A DNA stretch of 64,000 nt from an uncultured Gammaproteobacteria bacterium (GTDB taxonomy: Bacteria; Pseudomonadota; Gammaproteobacteria; Magnimaribacterales; D2472), in NCBI GenBank assembly GCA_964613455.1, contig CAZTGS010000001.1, forward strand, positions 64,806-128,805, read 5' to 3'. Positions 48,498 to 58,386 of this stretch are shown piece after piece (the first letter of the stretch is position 1; each line of letters starts with the position of its first letter). The notes beneath the pieces were generated by a model, which made no database searches, was not told the DNA's origin, and saw only the letters and a list, made by a program, of their open reading frames with translations. Made by a program: the position numbers and the translations under genes.

Positions 48498-49211
48498 ATG
48501 CTTGTTTTAAGAAATGTGAAAAAATCTATCAAAGACAAAGTTATTGTCGATGATATTAGCTTTAGTATTCTTCCAGGTACTATTAATGGCTTGCTTGGCC
48601 CAAATGGTGCAGGCAAAACTACTACTTTCTATTTAATTGCAGGGTTGATAAAAAGTGATGATGGCGAAATATTATTTTCTGGAAATGATATTTCAAGCAT
48701 GCCAATGCATAAAAGATCGAAATTAGGTATTAAATATCTTCCGCAAGAGCCTTCTATTTTTCAAAATTTATCTGTATATGAAAATCTCCTAGGATTAGCA
48801 GAAATTTCTTTTGATACTAAAGATGAAATAAAAAGTTTTATAGACCAATCGATAGAAGAGTTTAAACTTTCAAAAATATTAAATTTAAAAGGTAGGCAGC
48901 TTTCTGGAGGTCAAAGAAGAAAAGTGGAAATTGCAAGAACTCTTGCAGCCGAGCCGAAAGTAATTCTTTTAGATGAACCATTCGCTGGTATAGATCCAAT
49001 TGCAATTGATGAGATAAAGAACGTTTTGATATCCTTAAAAAATAAAGATATTGGTGTTTTGATTACAGATCATAATGTAAGAGAAGCTCTTGAAATATGT
49101 GATCAAGCTATTGTCATTAACAATGGGGGTATTATTGCTCATGGTCCAAAAGATGTACTTATTACTAATGAACTTGTTAAAAAAGTTTATCTAGGAAACA
49201 TGTATAGCTAA
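48498..49211 (+). CDS. lptB: LPS export ABC transporter ATPase LptB
   Basis: GPNGAGKTTTFY, LSGGQRRKVEIAR and ILLDEPFAGIDP. Confidence 0.95.
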   Translation: MLVLRNVKKSIKDKVIVDDISFSILPGTINGLLGPNGAGKTTTFYLIAGLIKSDDGEILFSGNDISSMPMHKRSKLGIKYLPQEPSIFQNLSVYENLLGLAEISFDTKDEIKSFIDQSIEEFKLSKILNLKGRQLSGGQRRKVEIARTLAAEPKVILLDEPFAGIDPIAIDEIKNVLISLKNKDIGVLITDHNVREALEICDQAIVINNGGIIAHGPKDVLITNELVKKVYLGNMYS

Positions 49212-49216
49212 ATGAT

Positions 49217-50497
49217 ATGGCTATATCGCTTCTAAAAGATTTTAAACAAAAACAAAAAGTATCTTTAACACCATCTTTAAAGAAATCAATAGATCTTCTT
49301 CAGTTATCCAGATATGAATTAATTCAAAGAATTGATCAAGAAATTGATGTAAATCCTTTTATTGAAAAAGAAGAAATAACAGATGACTTGGATTTCGAGG
49401 AAGGCGGGATTAGAGCCAATGATTTTGATTTTAATATAGCTGCATCGGAAAACTTACGAGAATCACTAATAAATCAAATAATTGATATTAAGTTAAACGC
49501 GCAATCAAAAGAAATAGCATTAGTTATTATTGACTGTTTAGATGAGGCTGGAAAATTAGATGAAGAACTAGAGGGTATTAATGAGCTATTAAGTTTTGGT
49601 TGCAGCCATAAAGAAATAGAAAATATTTTAATGAATGTAATTCAGAATCTTGAACCTATAGGTGTGGGTTATAGAAATTTTAAAGAGTGTATTGGTATTC
49701 AAATAAATAGAAAGGTTCTTAATCAAGATATAAAATTTATTTGCCAAAAAATATTATTTCAAAATGAGTCAGACGATATCGAGATAATTAAAAGCGAGCT
49801 ACTGGGCCTTGGATATGAGTTAAAAGATATTGAAACGTCTATAAGTGAAATTAAAAGTTGTGATTTAAGTCCTGGCCTTAATTATGGGGATATTAATTAC
49901 ATTGTTCCAGATTTAAAGATTCGCTTGGAGAAAAATTTATTATCAGTAAATTTTGTAACTGATAATTTTCCAAAAATAAAAATAGATTCTGATCTTATTC
50001 AAAATACAGTTTCTCAACTTAAAAAAAATCCAAATATCAGCCTGTCTGAGAAAATTCAAGAGGCCAAATGGCTCATATCCTCGGTAAATAAAAGAAATGA
50101 TACTGTATTGAGGGTTGGGGAGTTAATTTGCAAAAAGCAAATATCTTTTTTAGCTGAGAATCCACTAAAAATTAATCCATTATCCAATAAACAGCTATCA
50201 GAAGAACTTGAACTTCACCCTTCTACAGTTTCAAGAATATTGAGATCTAAATATATTGATACTCCAAAAGGTATAATTTCTCTAAAATCATTACTGGCTT
50301 CTTCGGTTTCAAAAACACGAAGTGTCACCCCTCTTCAATTAATGCAGCTTATTGAGATTGCTATAAGAGATGAAAAGGCTCCTAAAAGTGACAATAAAAT
50401 TGCCTTTGAACTAAATAAACGAGGTTTTAATTTAGCTCGAAGAACCATATCAAAATATAGAAAAAAACTTAATATTCCATCATCAAGAAATAGATAG
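49217..50497 (+). CDS. rpoN: RNA polymerase sigma-54 factor
   Basis: 426 aa with a region I Leu/Gln-rich N-terminus, HTH (LSEELELHPSTVSR) and RpoN box ARRTISKYR. Confidence 0.93.
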   Translation: MAISLLKDFKQKQKVSLTPSLKKSIDLLQLSRYELIQRIDQEIDVNPFIEKEEITDDLDFEEGGIRANDFDFNIAASENLRESLINQIIDIKLNAQSKEIALVIIDCLDEAGKLDEELEGINELLSFGCSHKEIENILMNVIQNLEPIGVGYRNFKECIGIQINRKVLNQDIKFICQKILFQNESDDIEIIKSELLGLGYELKDIETSISEIKSCDLSPGLNYGDINYIVPDLKIRLEKNLLSVNFVTDNFPKIKIDSDLIQNTVSQLKKNPNISLSEKIQEAKWLISSVNKRNDTVLRVGELICKKQISFLAENPLKINPLSNKQLSEELELHPSTVSRILRSKYIDTPKGIISLKSLLASSVSKTRSVTPLQLMQLIEIAIRDEKAPKSDNKIAFELNKRGFNLARRTISKYRKKLNIPSSRNR

Positions 50498-50526
50498 TTT
50501 TTTATACTTTAAGTTAGAATCAATTT

Positions 50527-51867
50527 ATGGAAAATATTAATAGCAAAAAAAATCTTCAGATTATTTTAGATGATTCATCAAATCTTTCGTTAAATCAGAT
50601 AAAAAGACTATTAAATAAAATGTCTTCTCCAGAAATTGCTCATGCACTTGAATCTTCTCCCCCAGAACAAAGAAAGTTATTATTTTCTTTGCTGGAAACA
50701 AATGAAGAAGGTGATGTACTTGCTGACTTAGGTGAAGAGATTCAACAAGATCTAATATCCAATATATCGAATGAAGAATTGACTGAAGCTGTTAAAGAAC
50801 TTGAGCTTGATGAGATAGTGGATATTCTTCACAACCTTCCAGAAGAGAGAATGAATAATATTCTTTCTAAAATGTCTCTAAGAGATAGGACAAGAATCGA
50901 GCTGGGTCTTATCTATCCAGATAACACCGCTGGAGGTCTATTAAATAATGATGTCATTAGTGTTAGGCCCAGTCATACAGTAGAGGTCGTAATAAGTTAC
51001 TTGAGAGGTCAGGAAGAGCTACCAGATAATACAGATAAAATTTTTGTTGTAACAAAAGAAGATCAATATGTCGGTGAACTATCCATCAGTAAGATTATTA
51101 CAAGCGACCCCTCTTTGACTGTTCGTGAGATTATGGAAACTGATATTATTCCAATGTCAGTCGAACAAGATGATAAAGAAGTAGCAATAATCTTTGAAAG
51201 AAATGATTTAATTTCTTCTGCTGTTATAGACTCAAATGGAAAACTTTTAGGAAGAATCACAATTGATGATGTTGTTGATGTTATAAGGGAAGATGCTGAC
51301 CAGAACTTTCTTGGTATGGCAGGAGTTGCAGAAGATACTTTTGCGCCTCCAGGTAGAGCAGCAAAGAGTAGAGTTTTTTGGCTAAGTATGAATCTTTTTA
51401 CTGCCTTTATTGCATCCATGACTATAAATATTTTTCAGGATGTTCTTGAACAAATCGTATATCTTGCAGTTCTTATGCCTATAGTTGCTAGCATGGGGGG
51501 TGTTGCAGCCACTCAAACATTAACTATCGTCCTTCGAGGTCTTACTTTGGAGCAAATTAATTCATCGAATCTTAGATGGTTGTTTAAAAGAGAGTTAGCA
51601 GTATCAATCATTAACGGAATTGTTCTTTCGATTATGGTTGGTCTTATAACCTACTTTTGGTTTGGAGAAATTATTCTAGCTATACTTATTTCATGTGCAT
51701 TAATTATTAATCTTATAAGTTCTGTAGTTGCCGGAATATTTGTTCCACTTGTATTGAGGAAAATGAATCAGGACCCTGCTATAGCAGGAAGTGTAGTTGT
51801 AACAACTGTTACAGATGTGGTTGGGTTTCTATCATTCTTGGGACTTGCAACAATCTTCTTAATTTAA
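50527..51867 (+). CDS. mgtE: Magnesium transporter MgtE
   Basis: 446 aa with an MgtE N-domain, two CBS repeats, and a C-terminal 5-TM domain containing PIVASMGG and TDVVGF. Confidence 0.92.
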   Translation: MENINSKKNLQIILDDSSNLSLNQIKRLLNKMSSPEIAHALESSPPEQRKLLFSLLETNEEGDVLADLGEEIQQDLISNISNEELTEAVKELELDEIVDILHNLPEERMNNILSKMSLRDRTRIELGLIYPDNTAGGLLNNDVISVRPSHTVEVVISYLRGQEELPDNTDKIFVVTKEDQYVGELSISKIITSDPSLTVREIMETDIIPMSVEQDDKEVAIIFERNDLISSAVIDSNGKLLGRITIDDVVDVIREDADQNFLGMAGVAEDTFAPPGRAAKSRVFWLSMNLFTAFIASMTINIFQDVLEQIVYLAVLMPIVASMGGVAATQTLTIVLRGLTLEQINSSNLRWLFKRELAVSIINGIVLSIMVGLITYFWFGEIILAILISCALIINLISSVVAGIFVPLVLRKMNQDPAIAGSVVVTTVTDVVGFLSFLGLATIFLI

Positions 51868-54210
51868 TCTATCTAACTCTGGGTTATCGACTGTTCCATT
51901 TACTTTAAAGGATATTGTAGAAACATTATCAAGAGTACTTTCAAAAATATTCTCTAATACTAGTCCACCAGCTAGCGCTGGCATGCCTCCAAAAATTGCT
52001 GCATACCATGGGATATTTTCAGAAATTTTTAATCTCATTGATAGATCTAAATTTAGTTCATTCAATTCTCCATCATTATTCTTAGATATTTCACCTAGCC
52101 ATTCCATACTAGCCTCGTCTGTTTCTAAGATTATTGGTGATGAAATAAAACCTCTATTCTGAGAAAAATAAATAGATCCAGCAGCTCTATTTATTTCTAA
52201 AGCATTCTGATTGGCATTACTAAAGTTTTGGTTACCCATTCCATCAAATATTGCATTTAAGTTGAATACCCTTAAGGCTTTAAGGAAAGTTGTATTTGGC
52301 ATATCTCCATCCATACTCAGATCCTTAACAAGAAATTCAATGCCTCCTTCTAAATTTAATAATTTACTAAGGCTGTTCCATTGGATATTAAGATCGGTTT
52401 TTAAAAAACTAAAATCGTAACTTGAGATGCTTGTGAGAGTATTTATTGAGTTATCTATTTCAAAGGATCCCTTAATTTTATATAAATCTCGCTCACTATT
52501 AAAACTTATATAAGCTTTTTCACCATTCTTGTTTGTGCCAATTTTGAAAATGCTACTTGTAATATTAATATTATCTAAAGTTAATATATTTTTGTTTTTC
52601 AATAAGTAGAAATCAATTTCTTCTAATATATCATTTTGAGTTTTTATATTTTTACCTATAAATCTCATATTAATATCTCTAGAACTTTTCCCTATTTTGC
52701 TGTCTAGGAGATTTAATCCTTTAAGCAAGAATTCTGAATTTATAAGATTTACTTTTGTAAAATTATTTTTATCTATTTTTATATTGCCATTAAGGTTTTT
52801 TCCTAAAATATTTATAAAAGTATCATTTTTATTAATAGACACATCGAATACTTGATTTGTATAAATATTTTCAAACAAATTAAATTGTTGAGCATATATC
52901 TGAATTGATTTAATAAAAGATTCGTTGCTTGAAGATGAATTAAAAATAAAATCTTCGAAATTAGCTTCGGGCAAATCAAGATATACATAAAAACCATCTA
53001 TATGATTTTTTGCGTTTATTTTAGTATCAAAATAATTACCAAAAGAAAAATATCCATTATTTGTATTATCTATAAAGGCTGCAAATTTAATATTCTTGAT
53101 GTCATAAGATGGTTTAGACATATCTTCAATAAAAATACGTGTATTTAAGGGCAGGCCTTTATCTTTTTTAAGATTAGTTAATGAAGATATTATCTCAGTT
53201 CCTTGAAGATTTGACTTTAACTCCATAGAAATATTTTTCTTATCTATTCGCATTAGTGAAGAAAAAACCTCACTTCCATTGAAAGATAAAAATGTATTTG
53301 ATTTAAGCAGACTATTCATATTTATTGAGATGTCAGACCTAATAGATATTACCTTATCAATACCATACGAGAGGCTACCGCTAATGTTTTGATCTGGGAT
53401 AGCAGAACGAAAAAAACCATAAAGAGATTGATCAAGATTTGAGAAAGCAGTCGCAAATATTTCGGTGACCTTGAAGCCTGATTTGTTAACTAGTAGTGAT
53501 TTTTTTAATTCGATTCTAGTAATTCTTTTAGTTTTATTATTTTTATAGTCGAATGATCCTTTTGTATCTAGATTAAGTTTAATGTCGGAGTCAGAAAAAG
53601 AGCTTAAATTTATAAGATTAGCATCCTCAATCATCTCTTCATCAAGCCAATGATTAGTAGAGTAAAAAATTTTATTTAAAGAAGGATTTACTAAAGCATC
53701 TATTTTTTTGTATGGAATATTATTAACCTTTCCATTGTTAAAGCTTATTAATGTATTACTAGATTGAGCAAAAATCTCAAAAGTTTTTGCAGAAATGGAG
53801 AGACTATCATTTTTATAAGTTAAATTATCTCCTTTTATTATGAACGCTTCATAACCATTTTTTGATGAGCTAGAGTTTATTTTAAATGAGCTTATTTCGA
53901 GCATAGATAAAACTAAATATTTATTCTTTAAAGATTCTAGTAGCTTGATGCCTATCCTAATTTTGGGAACATAAACAATATTTTTTAAGTTTTTATCATA
54001 AATACTAAGTTCATCTATTTCATAATTTAGATTTAAAAAACTTTTATTTGATTTTATTGAATTAGTACTTATAGAATATTCTGAAATAAGAATTTTGTCT
54101 GCAACAAGCAATATGGCGCCAGGTTTATAAAGCATAACCGTAACAAACATTACTAAAGATAAGGTGATTAGTCCGATAAAAAATAACAATGATTTCTTAA
54201 AAAAATTCAT
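51859..54210 (-). CDS. yhdP: AsmA-like/YhdP-family envelope protein (short form)
   Basis: 783 aa with an N-terminal TM anchor and a long beta-rich Asn/Ser/Ile body. The C-terminal hydrophobic patch is followed by KVNGTVDNPEL, a typical AsmA/TamB/YhdP ending. It starts 3 nt after the mreD stop. In E. coli and Pseudomonas yhdP follows mreBCD-maf-rng. Confidence 0.6.
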   Translation of the reverse strand: MNFFKKSLLFFIGLITLSLVMFVTVMLYKPGAILLVADKILISEYSISTNSIKSNKSFLNLNYEIDELSIYDKNLKNIVYVPKIRIGIKLLESLKNKYLVLSMLEISSFKINSSSSKNGYEAFIIKGDNLTYKNDSLSISAKTFEIFAQSSNTLISFNNGKVNNIPYKKIDALVNPSLNKIFYSTNHWLDEEMIEDANLINLSSFSDSDIKLNLDTKGSFDYKNNKTKRITRIELKKSLLVNKSGFKVTEIFATAFSNLDQSLYGFFRSAIPDQNISGSLSYGIDKVISIRSDISINMNSLLKSNTFLSFNGSEVFSSLMRIDKKNISMELKSNLQGTEIISSLTNLKKDKGLPLNTRIFIEDMSKPSYDIKNIKFAAFIDNTNNGYFSFGNYFDTKINAKNHIDGFYVYLDLPEANFEDFIFNSSSSNESFIKSIQIYAQQFNLFENIYTNQVFDVSINKNDTFINILGKNLNGNIKIDKNNFTKVNLINSEFLLKGLNLLDSKIGKSSRDINMRFIGKNIKTQNDILEEIDFYLLKNKNILTLDNINITSSIFKIGTNKNGEKAYISFNSERDLYKIKGSFEIDNSINTLTSISSYDFSFLKTDLNIQWNSLSKLLNLEGGIEFLVKDLSMDGDMPNTTFLKALRVFNLNAIFDGMGNQNFSNANQNALEINRAAGSIYFSQNRGFISSPIILETDEASMEWLGEISKNNDGELNELNLDLSMRLKISENIPWYAAIFGGMPALAGGLVLENIFESTLDNVSTISFKVNGTVDNPELDRLN

Positions 54211-54213
54211 TTC

Positions 54214-54696
54214 TTATAGCGTATTACTTTTAAATAAGCTTGGTAGTAATAATCTACGAAGTGTTACTAAATAGCATAAAAATGTATTAACAAAAAAACT
54301 AAAGATCAAATTTTGATAAGAAAAATTAGAAATATTGACAAATAAATTACTAAATCCTATATAAAAAAATGAAGAAACACCAAAGAAGATAGCTATTTGA
54401 AAATAAGAAAATAACTTAAAGGCGTTAGAATAATTATTGATAAAGTATGTCATTAAACAAAATAAAATTGCATTAAGTCCAAAAAATACCCCAGATATTA
54501 AATCAACGAAAAGGCCCATACTAAATGAAAAGAATGGAGATGGATTTGTTTTTGAGGTATATGAAATATAACTAAAAACAAGAAATGTTAAGGGTATATT
54601 TATATAGAATAGAATGAGAATTGGTGAAATATAGGATTCTAAAATATTTGTAAAGAATAAGATTATTAAAATACGTATTAAACTCATTTGATTCAT
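54214..54696 (-). CDS. mreD: Rod shape-determining protein MreD
   Basis: 160-aa polytopic membrane protein immediately after mreC. Called mainly by position and hydrophobicity. Confidence 0.8.
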   Translation of the reverse strand: MNQMSLIRILIILFFTNILESYISPILILFYINIPLTFLVFSYISYTSKTNPSPFFSFSMGLFVDLISGVFFGLNAILFCLMTYFINNYSNAFKLFSYFQIAIFFGVSSFFYIGFSNLFVNISNFSYQNLIFSFFVNTFLCYLVTLRRLLLPSLFKSNTL

Positions 54697-55526
54697 AGCC
54701 TCTCTAATACACCCAAAGTATTTTCTTTCATTGGATTGGAAACTAGAGAAATATCGAATTCAAAATTAGTTTTATCTAAGATTTTTATTTCGCTCACATA
54801 TCCTATTAGAACTCCTCTTGGGTATATGCCTCCAAGGCCTGAAGTAAAAAACTCTTGGCCTTTTTTTATTGGCTCAGGCCATATTAATGAGCTGTAAGTG
54901 CATGAAATAATTCCAGGCTTACCACTTCCCTTAGCATTACAAAAAAAACCATCAGCCTCTATAGGCAAAGAATGAGAGGTATCTGTTAAAAGCAAAACTT
55001 CATGATATTTATCATCATTTATAATTTGACCTAATATACCTTGACTATTAATTACAGGGCTCCCAATAAAATTGCCATCACTTTTATTCAGAATTTCAAT
55101 AAAAAATTGGTGTTGATCGCAACAAAAATATTTTTCGGTATCAAAGTATCTAACAACAGAAGAATGAAAGATTTTTTTTATTCGATTCTTTTCCATGAAA
55201 GATTTTATATGTTCGCCATCACTAAAAAATTTCGTATCACGCGAAATTATAAAATTAGATAAATAGCTCTCATCGAGCTTTTTTTTGAGCTCTTTATTTT
55301 CATTAATAAGGTCTGAATTCTTCTGTAATAGATTATAGATATAAGAAATTGGGTCTATTGATATTTTTTTTAAGGCAAATGATGAAGATATTAAAAGAGA
55401 GTTATATTGATTTTTTATAACATCAAAGGTTTTATAGTTAATATCCAAATATAGCAAAAATGAAGCAACTATAATGCAAAGTATGTATAAGGCTTTTGAT
55501 CCTGAAGTAGGAGTTACCCTAGCCAT
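54693..55526 (-). CDS. mreC: Rod shape-determining protein MreC
   Basis: 277 aa with an N-terminal TM, a coiled coil (NENKELKKKL) and C-terminal FTSGLGGIYPRGVLIG. Confidence 0.9.
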   Translation of the reverse strand: MARVTPTSGSKALYILCIIVASFLLYLDINYKTFDVIKNQYNSLLISSSFALKKISIDPISYIYNLLQKNSDLINENKELKKKLDESYLSNFIISRDTKFFSDGEHIKSFMEKNRIKKIFHSSVVRYFDTEKYFCCDQHQFFIEILNKSDGNFIGSPVINSQGILGQIINDDKYHEVLLLTDTSHSLPIEADGFFCNAKGSGKPGIISCTYSSLIWPEPIKKGQEFFTSGLGGIYPRGVLIGYVSEIKILDKTNFEFDISLVSNPMKENTLGVLERL

Positions 55527-55531
55527 ATTAA

Positions 55532-56581
55532 CTACTCAGAAGAAAGAAGATCGATATTGTATTTGTCCATTATCTCAAGAGCTTGGCCGCCACCTCTTGC
55601 AACACAAGTTAAGGGATCTTCAGCAACAATGACTGGAATACCGGTTGAGCTTGAAATGAGTTTATCTAAGTCTCTCATAAGAGCTCCTCCACCAGTTAGA
55701 ACGATTCCTCTTTCAGCAATATCAGCTGCAAGCTCAGGGGGTGATAGTTCAAGTGCATTTCTTATAGCTCGAACAATTCCATATAAGGGATCTTTCATAG
55801 CTTCGAAAATTTGATCACTATTAATTGTAAAAGTCTCAGGAATACCTTCTGCAAGATTTCTTCCAGTGATAGACATCTCTAATTTTTCAGATTCTGCTGT
55901 TGCGCAACCGATTGTATACTTAATTTTTTCTGCAGTTGATTCACCAATGACGCAGCCGTAATTTCTTCTTATCCAAGATGTTATGGATTCATCCATTTTA
56001 TCTCCGCCTATTTTTACAGATTCAGAATAAACAACTCCATTTAATGAAAGTATAGCTATTTCAGATGTACCGCCACCAATATCTACAACCATATTACCGC
56101 TAGCTTCTTCAACTGGTAAACCAGCTCCAATTGCAGCAGCCATTGGCTCTTCAATCAATTTAACATCCCTCGCACCTGCTCCTAGAACAGACTCTCTAAT
56201 GGCTCTTCTTTCTACCTGTGTTGATCTACATGGAACACATACAAGAACTCTTGGGCTAGGCTTAATAAATCTTTGTTCATGAACTTTAGCAATAAAGTGT
56301 TGTAACATTTTTTCTGTTACCTGGAAGTCAGCGATTACACCCTCTGATAGTGGGCGAATAGCTTTTATATTTCCAGGGGTTCTACCGAGCATTTTCTTTG
56401 CTTCTGTTCCAACAGCAACAACAGTTTTTTGACCTCTAGAATCTCTAATAGCAACAACAGATGGTTCATCAAGAACTATTCCCACATCCTTTGTATAAAT
56501 TAGAGTGTTTGCAGTCCCTAAATCAATCGAAAGATCATTTGAAAAATATCCTCTTATTGTCTTAAAAATGTTGAATTCCAC
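55532..56581 (-). CDS. mreB: Rod shape-determining actin homologue MreB
   Basis: 349 aa with [10 protein letters not shown] and [10 protein letters not shown]. Confidence 0.98.
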   Translation of the reverse strand: MEFNIFKTIRGYFSNDLSIDLGTANTLIYTKDVGIVLDEPSVVAIRDSRGQKTVVAVGTEAKKMLGRTPGNIKAIRPLSEGVIADFQVTEKMLQHFIAKVHEQRFIKPSPRVLVCVPCRSTQVERRAIRESVLGAGARDVKLIEEPMAAAIGAGLPVEEASGNMVVDIGGGTSEIAILSLNGVVYSESVKIGGDKMDESITSWIRRNYGCVIGESTAEKIKYTIGCATAESEKLEMSITGRNLAEGIPETFTINSDQIFEAMKDPLYGIVRAIRNALELSPPELAADIAERGIVLTGGGALMRDLDKLISSSTGIPVIVAEDPLTCVARGGGQALEIMDKYNIDLLSSE

Positions 56582-56656
56582 GCTATTCCTTAAAAAATAT
56601 GTAAATAATAATTAAGTTGAGTTAATATCCCCCAACTAATTTATAATAAACTATAT

Positions 56657-56938
56657 ATGGACAAGAAAACAGTTACAAATATAGCTTATCTTTCAAGACT
56701 TTCTTTAAATGAAGGAAATGAGGATAAAATCACCAAAGATCTTGAAAATATTATCAAGTTTGTTGATCAATTAGATACTGCCAATGTTGATGATATAGAC
56801 CCCTTAACTAGCCCGCTTGAAAAAACTGCTAAAACTAGATCTGATAAAGCTACTGCTCAAAATAGAAAAGATGTTTTTTTAGAAAGGTCTCCAAAGTCTA
56901 ATGAAGATTATTTTTTAGTTCCTAGAGTGGTTGAATGA
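56657..56938 (+). CDS. gatC: Glu/Asp-tRNA amidotransferase subunit C
   Basis: 93 aa with VTNIAYLSRLSL and a 4-nt overlap with gatA. Confidence 0.9.
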   Translation: MDKKTVTNIAYLSRLSLNEGNEDKITKDLENIIKFVDQLDTANVDDIDPLTSPLEKTAKTRSDKATAQNRKDVFLERSPKSNEDYFLVPRVVE

Positions 56939-58386
56939 GTATTCAATATAAAACTATTAAAGAGCTTGCTAGCATGCTCAAAGGCAATGATATTTCTAAT
57001 AAGGAATTAGTTGAAGAGACTTATTCTTTAGTTAAATCAAATACTCATCTAAATGCATTCATTACTTTAAACGAAGATGCTGCTATAAAAAAAGCTGAAG
57101 ACCTTGATAAAAATCCATCATATTTATCTTTATCTGGTATTCCAATCGCTCAAAAAGATCTTTTTTGTACTAAGGATTTAAGAACTACATGCGGCTCAAA
57201 TATGCTATCTAACTTTATACCTCCCTACTCCGCAACAGTTATTGAGAATCTTGAAAATGCAGGATGCATATCAATAGGTAAAACAAATATGGATGAATTT
57301 GCAATGGGTTCATCTAATGAAACCAGTTTTTTTGGAAATGTTCTCAATCCTTGGGGCGATGATTTGGTGCCAGGTGGAAGCTCGGGTGGTTCTGCAGCTG
57401 CAGTGGCCGCTGGTATTGTGCCAGCAGCAACTGGAACAGATACAGGTGGATCCATTAGGCAGCCGGCTTCTCTTTGTGGAATAACAGGACTAAAGCCAAC
57501 ATATGGAAGAATATCTCGATGGGGAATGATAGCTTTTGCTTCAAGCCTTGATCAAGCAGGACCAATGGCAAGAACTGCAGAGGATTGTGCCATTATGCTT
57601 AATGAAATGTGCTCTCATGATTTAAAAGATACAACTTCTCTTGACGAAGAAATTCCTGACTTTACTTCTGACCTTTCAACCTCAATCAAAGGTTTAAAAA
57701 TAGGAATTGTTAAAGAGTTTGATTTATCTCAGCTTGATAACGATGTTGTTAAAGTGTTTGAAGAATCAAAAAAGCATTACGAATCTCTTGGTGCAGAGTT
57801 TGTTGAAATATCTTTACCAAATATCTCATTATCAGTTCCAACCTACTACGTCGTTGCCCCTGCTGAATGCTCGTCCAATCTATCAAGGTTTGATGGGGTT
57901 AAATTTGGTAAAAGATGTGACGATCCAAAAAACTTGGAAGATCTCTACATAAGAACAAGATCTGAAGGTTTTGGAGATGAAGTAAAAAGAAGAATTCTAA
58001 TAGGTTCATATGTTCTTTCTGCAGGATTTTATGATGCATATTATAAAAAAGCTCAACAAGTAAGAAGGCTAATAAAGAATGATTTCGATAATGCTTTTGA
58101 AAAAGTCGATGTCATCATGTCACCAACTACAAGAGGTGCAGCATTTAGTGCAGGATCCAAGGGAGATGATCCAATACAGATGTATTTAGAAGATTTATTT
58201 ACAATTCCTGCTAATTTAGCTGGTCTTCCTGCTCTCTCTATTCCAAATGGAATGGTTGATAATAAACCAATAGGACTTCAATTAATTGGTAATTTTTTAC
58301 AGGAAAGTAAATTACTCCAAGTTGCTCATAATTTTCAAATTTCTACTGACTGGCATCTGAAAAAACCTACTGAGGAGATCAACTAA
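56935..58386 (+). CDS. gatA: Glu/Asp-tRNA amidotransferase subunit A
   Basis: 483 aa with the amidase signature GGSSGGSAAAVAAG...TDTGGSIRQPA. Confidence 0.97.
   Translation: MSIQYKTIKELASMLKGNDISNKELVEETYSLVKSNTHLNAFITLNEDAAIKKAEDLDKNPSYLSLSGIPIAQKDLFCTKDLRTTCGSNMLSNFIPPYSATVIENLENAGCISIGKTNMDEFAMGSSNETSFFGNVLNPWGDDLVPGGSSGGSAAAVAAGIVPAATGTDTGGSIRQPASLCGITGLKPTYGRISRWGMIAFASSLDQAGPMARTAEDCAIMLNEMCSHDLKDTTSLDEEIPDFTSDLSTSIKGLKIGIVKEFDLSQLDNDVVKVFEESKKHYESLGAEFVEISLPNISLSVPTYYVVAPAECSSNLSRFDGVKFGKRCDDPKNLEDLYIRTRSEGFGDEVKRRILIGSYVLSAGFYDAYYKKAQQVRRLIKNDFDNAFEKVDVIMSPTTRGAAFSAGSKGDDPIQMYLEDLFTIPANLAGLPALSIPNGMVDNKPIGLQLIGNFLQESKLLQVAHNFQISTDWHLKKPTEEIN

Noticed and set aside
51859-54210. The 783-aa Asn/Ser/Ile-rich protein, considered as a novel adhesin, toxin or mobile-element cargo.
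   Set aside because: It has an N-terminal TM anchor, an AsmA/TamB-like C-terminal ending, and a position immediately after mreBCD. These fit a shortened YhdP-family protein, and there are no flanking mobility genes.
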